DNA of 64,000 nucleotides from Phyllobates terribilis. Taxonomy: Eukaryota. Every line of letters starts with the position of its first letter. The stretch's first letter is position 1. Under the pieces are notes generated by a model. That model did not search any database. It saw nothing but the letters and a program-made list of their open reading frames with translations, and was not told where the DNA came from. The stretch spans positions 582,118,001-582,182,000 of the forward strand of contig NW_027362761.1 of the NCBI RefSeq assembly GCF_046119375.1, given 5' to 3'. Position numbers and translations under genes: made by a program. Shown here in pieces: positions 35,544 through 61,071 of the stretch.

Positions 35544-35993
35544 GTTGCTTTTTTTTTTTTTTGGCGCCGGAAGTCAGTCTGTACAGCAGGAAAGGACAAC
35601 TCTATGGTTGTGTGCTGCGGCTGCGCGCCCTCTGCTGGACACTGCGAGAATATCATTCCTGCTCCTCACAGCATCCGCACGTGTCCTGTAATATCGCGAT
35701 ATCTCAGGACAGGCGGCCGCTGTCTGCGACTCTCTATACACTTTGCGCATGACTGCAGCTCTGCTGTCTGTCTGTAAATGGAAACTGCCCTATGTGAGGT
35801 GGGNNNNNNNNNNNNNNNNNNNNNNNNNNNNNNNNNNNNNNNNNNNNNNNNNNNNNNNNNNNNNNNNNNNNNNNNNNNNNNNNNNNNNNNNNNNNNNNNN
35901 NNNNNNNNNNNNNNNNNNNNNNNNNNNNNNNNNNNNNNNNNNNNNNNNNNNNNNNNNTGCTTATACTGCTGTGTGCATGCTGGGAGTTGTAGT
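35535..35993 (-). promoter_or_regulatory. BRIX1 promoter region (interrupted by the gap)
   Basis: YY1-type AACATGGCGG over the ATG; ETS CCGGAAGT 35567-35574; ZNF143/ACTACA motif TGCATGCTGGGAGTTGTAGT 35974-35993. Confidence 0.6.
35804..35957. other. Assembly gap (154 N)
   Basis: Run of N. Confidence 1.
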
Positions 35994-37350
35994 GTCACAG
36001 TGTAGGTTGCTGGTGTAATATCCCATTATACATTGACCGCCGTCCGTCCTGCAATCACCGTCCAGACTGGGGGGGGGATCTGATATTTTACCACCAAAAA
36101 AAGGAAAAAGAAAATCCTTCCTGACTCCAGATCCGGTGATCAGAATAATCCCTGGATCCGCAGTGATCTAATCCCCAGAATGGGCCCTATAATGAGGTGA
36201 CTGTGCCCCGGCCTCACTATGATGACGTCTCCCCCCCCAGAGAGAGGGTTATATGGGGTCTCTGCTCTTACTGTAGAGAATCCTCGTCTGTATGGATGTA
36301 GTAACCCTAGGGCGCATGCACAGGCGGCAGAATTACACATTTAACTGTGGATTTTCGGAGACTTGCTGTGGAGAGAAGCTCAGTGATATTAATGGCTCTG
36401 CGATATATTTACACTTATCAGGTCGCCCTTTAGCAAATTAAGGGGCTGTTCAGGAAATCCTCAGAATAAGCCATTAATAACAATTAAGAGGGGGTCCGAC
36501 CCCCCAGCTGCAGCTGAGCTGCAGTACCGAGAACGGCCATTATACAGTGTGTGGCGCTGTGCTGTTCACACATCCGGCCACAGCCAATCGGTCTGTGCTG
36601 CCACCGATCTGACACCTATGACCGGTCCTACGCAGAGGTCATCAATATGTTACCTCTGGACATCTGGACAACGCCTTTAATTTTGATCATCTTGCTGGGT
36701 ACTGTAGTCCACCTATTACTTAGCTTTTTTCCTTTTAAGAAAAAATATATATATTTTTTTATTTATCTCGCAAGACCGACTGCATAAAATTAAAAATAAA
36801 AAGGCCTTAAATAAAAAAAAAAGTAATAAAAGTTAAGCAATAACCCAAACATCCCCTCGAATGGTTCCAAGAAAAAAAAATCAGCTGCTCTTGTAAAAAA
36901 CAGAAAAAGTTCTGACTAAGTTATAAAAGTTGAGAAAAAGTCTGACAGTTTTTCATTCCCTGACAGGTAGTGTCGGCTGTCACACAAGGAAACTCCCCAG
37001 ATTACACTTTCTTACAGGGGTATCCCATGTAATAGATCGGTAGGACGTGATCCGTGATGACCTAATTTCTGGGGACCCCCCACTGATAATACCCCCTTAC
37101 TCTTAAGATCAGAGGGGTCATAGCGGTCAGACCCCACAATTGTAAAGTGATGGTTTATCCTCAAGTGATAAATGCTATCACTTTAAAAAAAAAAATGGGC
37201 ATATCCCTTTAAAGCTCAGTATTATGTCAGCTGTAGTTTGTAAACAGCAGCTGTGACCGAGCAGTGCTGCAGTGTAAAGTATGGGCGAGGGAGAGAGCAA
37301 TAATTGTGGAGCACGAGCTGCTACATGGATGGAATATATTTTTAGAAATA

Positions 37351-37356
37351 TTTATT
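37351..37356 (-). terminator. Candidate RAD1 polyadenylation signal
   Basis: AATAAA on the minus strand ~460 nt after the stop. Confidence 0.45.
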
Positions 37357-37818
37357 GAAAAAAAAAAAAAAAAAAAAATTTACATTGAAAAAGTTATTTT
37401 TACAAAATCCCAAAATATATAATACAAACCCAGAGAGGGAGGTCGTCATATACGGCAGCGGGGTCACAGATAAGTGGCCCCCCGGAGCATCAATGAGTAA
37501 CCAGGGAGATTTGTGATCGGTATCATCACCTCCCCGAAATTACACAAAGTACAGAGCTGGAAAAACGCAGCGTCATACTCCATCTAGTGCCCGTTATAAG
37601 TACTGCAGCACAGATCACATTCACTTCAATAGGAGCTGCAGTACTGAGAACGGCCACTACACAATGGATGGCGCTGTGCTGTTTCGGCTCCATACACTGT
37701 GTCGCAGTCAGTTGATCAGCTCGGTGCCAGTAGGCGAGTATCACATGATTTGCTATTTCTCCGGGGAAAGCTTTTTTTTTTTTTTCCCGGACGACCTCTT
37801 TATAGAGTCGGAGTGCCG

Positions 37819-40800
37819 CTAGGAGTCTCCGTCCTGCAGATCCTCATCCGGGGAGCAGTAATACTCCACAAAGCAGATCTGGCCGTCCTCGTTCCTGACC
37901 ATGTACTGCAGCGACAGGAAGCCTCTGTTGTCGGTGCGGATGGAGACCTTGCAGGACAGGGCCAGCGCCTTGGTGGACGGCTTCAGCAAGGAGATCTTAT
38001 ATCTGCGGCAGAAAAGAAACACAACACGTCTCTGTTATGGCGACAGTGGACGTCCTGCGCTGCCGGTTTTGTCACTGTGTAGTGGCCGTTCCCGGTACTG
38101 CAGCTCGGCTCCTATTAATGTGAACGGAGCTGCAGTACCAAGAACGGCCACTAGGCAGCAAGTAAAAAACAAACATTTGCATCAGTTGCAGATTCCGTTG
38201 CTCCAAAGGAATAAAATGCAGAAAATCCACAGGTATAAAATATTGGTAAAAGCCATAAAGAAGTGCAAGGACATATTCCATGTGCCGGGGGTCAGGAGCT
38301 GTGATCGCCAGGGGTCCTCGATCCACATCTCACCTGTTGGTCTGGGTCTGGGTGCAGTGAAAGGCTTCTATCAGGTCGGAGTCCTTGGGATAATCCAGGT
38401 GGGCGCTGCCCGCGTTCCCGAATGTGGAGAGTCTACAGGGATAGAAAGAGGAATAATTCATCAGGGGCGGCACAGTTATATTCTTCATATTTTGAGGAAA
38501 TCTTTTCATATTCAGCAATTCTGCACAATTAGGTTTCATTCACAAAGTGCTTTTTTTGCAGAGTTTTTTTTTTTTTTTTTTCTTCCCTGCAGGGAAAAAG
38601 TTTTTTTTTTTTGCAGCATTTTTCCAGCGTCTTTTATGAACAGGAAAAATAAAAAAGCTGAAATATCTGTCACGCTGCGATAAAAAAAAAAAAAAAAAAA
38701 GCACCGTGTGAATGAGATTTTATAAATCTCATTTATTTTTCAGCTACTGTAAAACGCTGTGATTGGAGCTGGATCTTAGCAACGCAGCTTAACCCCTTAC
38801 ATCCTGCAACTTTAGCATGTAAGGGGTTATACGAAGACCTCCCTCTCACCCCCATCGGACCGACAACGCGATCACTGGAAGTCAGGGGTCCATGGATAGA
38901 GCAAGAGGGGGTGCAGGCAAAAAATTCCGACTTTTGCTAGGTGGTCCCAGGATTTCTATGAACACCGATGAGCTGAGGGGTTGTTACAATTGTATCCAGT
39001 GCAGAAAATCCTCTGTGAGCACCAGAAGCTGATATTTTGCTACAATGTATCGGTGCAGCTGAAATGTGTCAGCCAGGAGTCCGAGCTGATCCCTAATCTC
39101 TACTGTGCTGAATACTCAGCTGTGAGAAGCATCAGTGATACATTGTCTAAGCTGTGGTATATTTGGATCCGGCAAGACTGGGGTGCAGAGAACAAGGGTC
39201 ACAGCCAGGAGAAGAACAACAGGTACCAGCAGACCTGTCCAAAACCAGCAAAATAGAGCAAAGAACTTAAAGACAGGAGACGACCTACAAGCAGCAGAAC
39301 GCAGGCAGGACGCTTCCCCTTTAAATCAGCAGCCATGTTATCCTTACATTGACATTGTCGGTTTTTGTATTTTCCTTCCAGTTTCTGGCTCTTGGGAGAC
39401 GGGAAGGAAAAACGTAAGCGCAAAAATGGAAAATCTGTCAACGTCCGCACCTCAAGTAGGGCTTGTCCGGAGACATGGTGATCTGCAGGAAGTCGCTGCT
39501 CATGTCCAGCTCGGAGAACGCCTCTCTCAGCCCCTCCGACTGCAGGATGATCTTATTCAGGACGTTGGTGCTGCAGAAATCAAAGTCCAGCGTCTCCTCG
39601 GGCTCCTGGGTGTGAATCTTACACACAGTCACCACCCCGCCTTCCTCCAGAAATAAGGTGAGGGGGTGGCCGTAGCCCCGGTAGCCCATCTTCAAGGCAG
39701 TGCAGGTGGCTGGAATAACACAGAGAACATATATCGGATCACAAGAAGCAGGGAGCTTAGGATGAACAACACCGAACATGAGCTGCTCCGTTCAGACACA
39801 GCAGAACACCGTGAGTGTAATAATCACCTGGTACAGCACCTGCCCCAAAAATAGTCAAACAGTCGAGGAGGACGGTCAGATTGATGCGAAACACGACAGA
39901 ATCCTCCTGGACGCTGAATTCCTGGAATATCCCGGCCTGGAGGATAAAGAAGGACAAATCAGTGACACTGTGGCCAAGACCGCCGGGCGCCGTGTGGCTG
40001 CAGCTGGGCGCCGTGGGGCTACTAACAAGGGTCATGCGGCTGCCGCCAGGCGTCGCGTGGATGCCACCGAGCGTCGCGTGGCTACTGAGGAGCGTTATGA
40101 GTCTAAAGACAAGTGTTGTCTGGTTGCCACCGGGCAACGGGTAGCTGCCGCCAGGCGCCGTTTGGCTACTGACGAGTGTCATGTGGCTGCCGCTGGGCGT
40201 CATGTGAATACTAACAAGTGTCATGTGGCTGCCGCCGAGCGTCGTGTGGCTACTGACGAGTGTCATGTGGCTGCCGCCGAGGGTCGTGTGGCTACTGATG
40301 AGTATTATGTGTCTACAGACAAGTGTTATCTGGCTGTCACTGGGCATCGGGTAAATGCCGCCAGGCGTCGTTTGGCTACTGACGAGTGTCATGTGGCTGC
40401 CGACGAGTGTCATGTGGCTGCCGCCAATCGTCGTGTGGCCACTGATGAGTGTTGTGTGGCTACTGACAAGTGCTGCCTGGCTGCCACCGGGTAGCTGCCG
40501 CCAGGCGTCGTTTGGCTGCTGCCGAGTGTCATGTGGCTGCCGCCGGGCGTCATATGGCTGCTGCCGAGCGTTGTGTGGCTACTGACGAGTGTCATGTGGC
40601 TGCCGCCGGGCGTCAACGTTTATAAAACCTCAGCTGCTGTCAGTGAATGAAAACACAACTTTCCCTTCATCCAGTTGTATCCAGTGTCGACAATGCACTG
40701 ATCTCGCTGCTGGTTTGTTACAATGTATCAGTCCAGGACACTGTCTGGATACAATTGTACAGCAGAGAATACCCTGCGCAGCGCTCAGCGGCTCCCACCT

Positions 40801-40993
40801 GGATGAAGGCGTTGGCCTGCAGGCATTTGGCATTTTCCACCGTGACTTTGAGGCCGTTGCTGGTGGCGAAGCAGGAGGCGTGGTCCTTGAAGTGGACGGC
40901 CTTCAGGATGTTGGAGAGGTTGCGGACGTTGTCCAGGCTGCAGGAAAACACGTACTGGTCCTCGTCCACCTCGGACTGCGAGAAGAACGACAT
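37819..40993 (-). CDS. RAD1: Cell cycle checkpoint protein RAD1 (9-1-1 clamp subunit), 281 aa
   Basis: Coding exons (-): 40993-40799, 39936-39828, 39709-39451, 38432-38334, 38002-37819 (846 nt, GT-AG). Motifs SLDNVRNLSNILKAVHF, LFLEEGGVVTVCKI, RTDNRGFLSLQYM. Acceptor at 41003 and probable non-coding exon 1 ending at 41270. Confidence 0.97.
39984..40612 (+). repeat. Degenerate ~42-bp GC-rich minisatellite in RAD1 intron 2
   Basis: Recurrent GTGGCTGCCGCCAGGCGTCGTGTGGCTACTGACGAGTGTCAT. Confidence 0.88.
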
Positions 40994-41208
40994 CGCCGGA
41001 GACCTGGACACAAAGCAGAACAGAGGATCACCATCATCATCATCATCATCTCTCAACACAGAAGACAACTGTCTCCTCTGGTGCAAACTTTTTGCAGCAC
41101 TTAGGACAATACGGTGCTCGCTTTACGACTCCACATTGGTGCCCACTGGACCCCAGTAACAGACAATGTGCAGTAACCGTCAGAAAGTATAAAAAAAAAA
41201 ACAGCAGC

Positions 41209-41643
41209 ACTACAAGTCCCAGCACTCTGCTATCACTTCACGCTGTGCAGTAAAGCAAGCAGCACTCACCATTCACTGTCTCCTCCGCAGAGTCCAGTCA
41301 GACAGGGCGGTTTTCATCAGCACCAGAGCGCTCTACAAGCCGATATCAGCACGACTGGTCGGTGTCAGCCATGTTGGAGAAGACGCAGTCACTGCAGAGA
41401 ACTTGTAGCAGACGCAGCAAACATGGCGCCTGCAGTGAGGACACAGAGGAGCGGACTATTTTCTCCTAGCGAAGTTATGGGCATTGACGTAACTGCGCAG
41501 GCGCAGAGAATACAGTGAGGTGGATTCTGGGAGAACTCTGCGATGGTTACCCAGGTGACAGGCAGTGGGCGGAGCTGTGGCTGTGCACTTCCGGGTTAGG
41601 GGCACACGTGTGCTGAGGGGTCAGCCGGCGAGTCGTGCGAGCG
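41209..41643. promoter_or_regulatory. Bidirectional RAD1/DNAJC21 promoter
   Basis: ACTACAAGTCCCAGCA (ZNF143/THAP11-type) 41209-41224, YY1-type AACATGGCGCC ~41420-41430, NRF1 TGCGCAGGCGCA 41494-41505, second ZNF143-type site ~41518-41535, GC box 41567-41575, ETS ACTTCCGG 41587-41594, E-box CACGTG 41605-41610; CpG-rich. Confidence 0.8.
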
Positions 41644-54989
<13,346 letters not shown>

Positions 54990-57529
54990 CCCAATGTGGG
55001 GGAACAGAGAGACGGACTGACGACTGCAGAGCCGAGGGACCAGCGCAGGAATGCGGGACCGGCCACACTCGCTAACGCATGGGATCTGACCGCTAGTGAG
55101 GACTACACTCCCCATCATCATAAACACGGGGAGTCCCATCAGGATTGTCAGACGCCCTGTGTGCCCGGAGGAGCGCTTGTTTGCTGAAGTCTACATACCG
55201 CTGTATAATTGTTGCTGGGTCATTCTCACACAAAGCGGCGCATGGAAAATTTTTGGGGTTATTCACCTTTTTGAGGATGTGTTTTTTTTTTTTTTTTTTT
55301 TTTTACTTAATGTATTTGGGGAAAATAAAATCATTTTTGCAATTGGGTTCCAGTAAAAATGTTGCACTGTTTGCATCCTACAGCATCTGTGATGCACTCT
55401 GCAGAATGAGTTAACTGAAAAACATTCAGTGAGCTCGTTATTGCGGGGGGGGGGGGGTTCATAGCTCTTTGATCTTTTTTTTTTTTCTCTGAGCTCCTTT
55501 TAGCTGATTTATGACCACCGATCACATTAAAGCTGCGTATACATCGACACAAAGAGTCTGTAATAGCAAAACTGTGCAAATTTTTTAATACAACCCAATT
55601 GCAAAAATGATTTTTAATCCTAAATACATGCATTTAAGTAAAAAAAAAAAAAATATGTATAATTCCTTTTTTTAATGCATTTTTATTTTTTTTTGCTAAA
55701 ATATTTAATTTGGCAAAGGGGTTGACTTAAGGAAAAAGCAAAGTATCGAATCGGGATACGGTATGGCTGCAAATTTATTATGCGGTGAGCGCTGGTGAAG
55801 TTTTGGCTTGTCTGGTTGTTTCCTGTCAAAAGTTTTAGGAGTACCGCTGTATTATGGAGCGCCATATGGCGGCACATAAAACCCTGAGGCCTTAACCTAA
55901 GGAGAGATTCACAGTTTCTTTGTCACTCTCCTTAGTTACTTGTGCATTATGTGATCAGCCCATTGATTTTAATGGGAGCCCCTGCGGAGATCTAATATTA
56001 TGTGGGATGTCCGGGCGAAAGGAAACATTTTCTATCACCTTGAAAACCTTTAGTCTCCTTCCCAAAACCAATTTTTATTTATTTTTTTTTTTATTTTATT
56101 ATTTTTTATAGTCCCATCAAATCCGAAAAAAAAAAATAACACAATTTTGCAATAAATTCTCGTTTTAAAAAATATATTTAATTATTTAGGTCTGCAGCTC
56201 CTGTGCAGACCTATGTGTCCCCACGGTAACAGACTACAAACAAACCCTCTGTGTAGTCTGATCCTGCAGTCAAATTTCCTGGTCTGCATAGAAGCTGAAA
56301 ACCTAAAAAAACAGGTAGGTGATTTTTTAATCCAGACCTAATGCATCGTTGCTTAATCTCTGATTTTAGATGCATCGGGACCCCCCCCCAAAAAATTGGG
56401 TTGAAAAAAAATGGACATGCCCTTTAAGTATCAGTGAGTGTCACGTGATCTGTTTGATCACTGAGGTCAGATTTAATCAGCATGAGCCACTTAATTTACT
56501 CATTCATGGAGGGTTTTTAAAGGGGTTCTCCCTCCACAATTACCAACGTGAATCACCTGCTTGGGGATTAGATACTTTCCCTTTAATTCGATATTTACAT
56601 GTACATGTATTAGGATTACTGGCGAAGCATCAATCTCGGCTCTGCTGCGTCTGCGCGCCCGGCTCTGCTGCATCTGTCTGCCAATAATCCTGTCGGATTT
56701 ACGCCTTGGAGATGAAGTCTCAGCTGTCGTCTTAATATTAAGAAGTGCTAAAAGGCTTATTGATGGCCTAGCGGGAAAAAGTTCATGGATATTTCACTCC
56801 CGATCCCAGGATTAATGTGTCACTTACTATCCCTAGGAGCTGCAGATGAGGATTTCATTGCTCAGACTTAAAGGAGAGTGTCAGCCCAAACTGGCGGTGT
56901 AAATGAAGCACGCTGCCTTGTAGAGGATAGAGTCGCTTTTAAAAATATCACTTTTAGTGATCTAATCGCTAAATATAGTAATTGGGCTGCTCAGTGCACC
57001 CTAGGTGTGGCCAAGAGGCTCAGTGCACCTTTCTGCCCACTGGTTTTTGCATGTCTCCACCTCCCTTATTCATGATGGACAGCACCAGCCTGAGCTCTCT
57101 CCAAGCAAGCGAGTCAGTGCTGTCAATCACCAGTGAAGGAAGCGGAGCATGCAGAAACCAGTGCGCCCAGCTTCTTGGCTACACCCAGGGTGCCCCGAGC
57201 GTTAAGCATCAGTTTCTGCAGAACAGAGGCAGCGATTAGATCATTAAATATGCGATATCCCTCTGTATACTGTCAGATTGGACTTGACACACTCCCTTTA
57301 AGATCTCCACATTTCCTGTGCGTCCATCTCTTCTGTCAAGTTCATGTATTTCTGCAGTTTTTCCACTATGTACAGCTGAAAATAAATTATTTTATTATCA
57401 CAAGTTGCCTGGGTTCGTTCTTTTCAGTATCAATCAGTGGCTTCTCCTGACATCCTGACCCCGATGATCCGTTCACAGTGGTGGGGGCAGACACAAGTTC
57501 TGAAACAGGAACAATTTTCAGCCATAGAT

Positions 57530-58575
57530 TTAAAGTGTAACTATCGTTTCAGCAGAACTTGCAGCAGAATGTCTCTCTGCCTCTAGCTCCTCCCTAGAAT
57601 GCCTGTCTCTCTGCCTCTAGCTCCTCCCTAGAATGCCTGTCTCTGCCGCTAGCTCCTCCCTAGAATGCCTGTCTCTGCCGCTAGCTCCTCCCTAGAATGC
57701 CTGTCTCTGCCGCTAGCTCCTCCCTAGAATGCCTGTCTCTGCCACTAGCTCCGCCCTAGAATGCCTGTCTCTGCCACTAGCTCCGCCCTAGAATGCCTGT
57801 CTCTGCCGCTAGCTCCGCCCTAGAATGCCTGTCTCTGCCGCTAGCTCCGCCCTAGAATGCCTGTCTCTGCCGCTAGCTCCGCCCTAGAATGCCTGTCTCT
57901 GCCGCTAGCTCCGCCCTAGAATGCCTGTCTCTAGCTCCGCCCTAGAATGCCTGTCTCTAGCTCCGCCCTAGAATGCCTGTCTCTAGCTCCGCCCTAGAAT
58001 GCCTGTCTCTAGCTCCGCCCTAGAATGCCTGTCTCTAGCTCCGCCCTAGAATGCCTGTCTCTGCCGCTAGCTCCGCCCTAGAATGCCTGTCTCTGCCGCT
58101 AGCTCCGCCCTAGAATGCCTGTCTCTAGCTCCGCCCTAGAATGCCTGTCTCTAGCTCTGCCCTAGAATGCCTGTCTCTGCCTCTAGCTCCTCCCTAGAAT
58201 GCCTGTCTCTAGCTCTAGCTCCTCCCTAGTATGCATGTGTTCCTCTAGCTCCGCCCTAGAATGCCTGTCTCTGCCTCTAGCTCCGCCCTAGAATGCCTGT
58301 CTCTGCCTCTAGCTCCGCCCTAGAATGCCTGTCTCTGCCTCTAGCTCCGCCCTAGAATGCCTGTCTCTGCCTCTAGCTCCGCCCTAGAATGTCTGTCTCT
58401 GCCTCTAGCTCCTCCCTGTTCCATAGAACCTTATGAACACCAACTGTCATCTCTTATCTCCGTAATGAGAAAATCTGTCTTCAGGAGGAGAAAGAAGATT
58501 TCTCTGATAAGTTTCTTAGTTTCATGCTGGTTATTGATTTATGAAACAAAAAGTAAAATGACAGTTACCCTTTAA
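57530..58575. mobile_element. T2/Kolobok-like MITE carrying a 26-34 bp minisatellite (about 57563-58416)
   Basis: TTAA flanks; TIR TTAAAGTGTAACTATCGTTT vs TTAAAGGGTAACTGTCATTT; unit CTAGCTCCGCCCTAGAATGCCTGTCT(CTGCCG). Confidence 0.75.
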
Positions 58576-58887
58576 GTACATTTATATGGTAACGTGAATT
58601 GTGTCATTCAAAAACATGACTCCTCTCCTCGTATTTTACTTTGACAAAAGTATAAAAAAAAAAGAAACAAAAAAAAGTTATGGCTCTTGGAAGAAAAGGG
58701 AAAATAGGAAAACTGGCTCAGATGGGAAGGAGTTTAGGTGTTCTGTATTTACTGGTTCTATGTAAATGTTTCCATGGTAACAGACAACAAAAATTCTTGT
58801 GTAGTCTGATCTTGCAACCAGCTTTTTAATATTTAATAGTATGTTCGTACAGTTGTTTTTATGTGGATCTGCTTCATATTTTAAATA

Positions 58888-60447
58888 TAGTAGTGTTCAA
58901 AATAATAGCAGTCCAATATGATTGACCAGATTAATCACTGTTTTTGGTATAAATTATATCACCACATGTCAAACAATTTACCAGTTGGTGCAGTAGATTG
59001 TAAGAAAACCACCAGACTCCGCATTCATAATCTGCAGGTTTCTGAGTCTGTGTATGTGAATAATTAATTGTATGGGGGGAGTGTTCAATATAATAGCAAT
59101 GTGGAGGTCAATTAGTGAGGTCAATCATTCTGTGAGGAAACGGGTGTGAATCTGGTGGCCCTTATTTAAGGGTGAAGCCAGCACATGTTGTACATGCATT
59201 TCTCCTTGAAAGCCTGAGAAATATGGGTCGTTCAAGACTTGTTCAGAAGAACAGCGTACTTTGATTACAAAGTTGATTGGAGAGAGTAAAACTTATAAAG
59301 AAGTGTAGACAATGATCGGCTGTTCAGCTAAAATGATCTCCAATGCTTTAAAATGGAAAGCAAAACCAGAGACGTGGAAGGAAACAGAAGACTACCATTC
59401 GAATGGATGGAAGAATAGCCAGAATGGCAAAGGCTCAGCCAATGATCAGCTCCAGGATGATCAAAGACAGTCTCAAGATACCTGTGAGGACTGTGACAGT
59501 GAGAAGACGCCTGTGTGAAGCTAATCTCTTACCAAGAAGTCCCCGAAAAGCCCCACGGTTAAAAAAAAAGACATGTACTGAAGCGAGTACAATTTGCCAA
59601 AGAAGACATCAACTGGCCTAAAGAGAAGTGCAGAAACATTTTGTGGACCGATGAAAGTAAAATTGTTCTTTTTGGGTCGAAGGGCCACAGACAGTTCATC
59701 AGACGACCCCCAAACTCTGCATTTAAGCCACAGTAAACTCTGAAGACAGTGAAGCATGGTGGAAGCATCATGATATGGGCATGTTTCTCTTACTATGTTT
59801 CCGGACCTATTTACCGCATACCAGGGATCATGGACCAGTTTGCAGATATTAAAATACTTGAAGAGGTCATGTTGCCTTACGCTGAAGAGGATCTGCCCTT
59901 GAAACGGGTGTTTCAACAAGACAACGACCCTAAACACACCAGTAAACGAGCAAAATCTTGGTTCCAGTCCAACGAAATTGAGGCTATGGAGTGGCCAGCC
60001 CAATCCTCAGACCTTAATCCGATAGAACACTTGTGGGGTGACATCAAAAATGTCGTTTCTGAGGCAAAGCCAACAAATGCCAAAAATTTGTGGGATGTAA
60101 TCAAAGCCTCCTGGGCTGGAATAACAGATGACAGGTGGCTGAAGTTGGTTGACTCTATGCAATATAGATGTGAAGCAGTTCTAAAAAACTGTGGGTAACA
60201 ACTAAATATTAGGTTAGCGATTCACAGGAATGGAAAGACAAATGCAGACCCTGCTATTTTTTAGAATAGCCCAATGTTCATTTTTTGTTATTTTCTGTAA
60301 AGTAGTTAAAAGTTTTATATACATTTCTCTTCATGTTTTGAATTAGAAAACAGTGTGCAATGTTCCCAATGCTGGAAATAACAACTAGTATCAAGATTCT
60401 GTGCTGAACTCATGTTTTTGAACACACTGCTATTATTTTGAACACTG
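58888..60447 (+). mobile_element. Degenerate Tc1 DD34E element
   Basis: TIR (C/T)AGTGTTCAAAATAATAGCAGT; transposase 59223-60198 broken by frameshifts (WTDESK, VKHGG, QQDNDPKH...DLNPIE). Confidence 0.88.
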
Positions 60448-60474
60448 TGTGTGTGTGTGTGTGAATATATATAT

Positions 60475-60716
60475 TACAGACCAAAAGTTTGGACACACCT
60501 TCTCATTTAAAGATTTTTCTGTATTTTCATGACTATGAAAATTGTACATTCACACTGAAGGCATCAAAACTATGAATTAACACATGTGGAATTATATACT
60601 TAACAAAAAAGTGTGAAACAACTGAAAATATGTCTTATATTCTAGGTTCTTCAAAGTAGCCACCTTTTGCTTTGATGACTGCTTTGCACACTCTTGGCAT
60701 TCTCTTGATGAGCTTC
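60475..60716 (+). mobile_element. Solo TIR fragment of the DD38E element
   Basis: Nearly identical to 4179-4420; stops abruptly at GATGAGCTTC. Confidence 0.9.
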
Positions 60717-61071
60717 CAGACAAAAAGTGCTGGACAAAAGTATACAAAAAAAAGTTTAGTTCTCTTTAATCTTTACTGTATAGTCCAACAGCCCCAGGGC
60801 TCACCGGCTCTACATAAACGAGGAGTAATTCCCGTCACCTTCCGTCTGCATTGCGGGAAGCCAAATGTGTCTCTACTGCGAGGCACAGAAGTCTGCACAG
60901 CATTTATTAGCATTGGTACATAATGACAGAATAATTATCTAACATGGCAGACGATCCGCTTGTGCTGTGATGGCCGAATATATTTTAGTGTTTAACTCCA
61001 ATAAAAAAAAAATTGTCCTATTTATTTTTTTTTCTTTCAGTAAATATTTTAAAGTTTCATTGTCTATAGTC

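Noticed and set aside
38073-38155. Hairpin in the last RAD1 intron as a possible ncRNA
   Set aside because: The same arms recur at ~36510-36545 and ~37600-37660, so it is a dispersed repeat; no snoRNA boxes seen. No tRNA, rRNA or snoRNA could be supported anywhere in the window.
56561-56815. 84-aa ORF with a protein-like stretch (SDLRLGDEVSAVVLILRSAKRLIDGLAGK)
   Set aside because: Non-ATG start, no homology recognised, no convincing splice sites.
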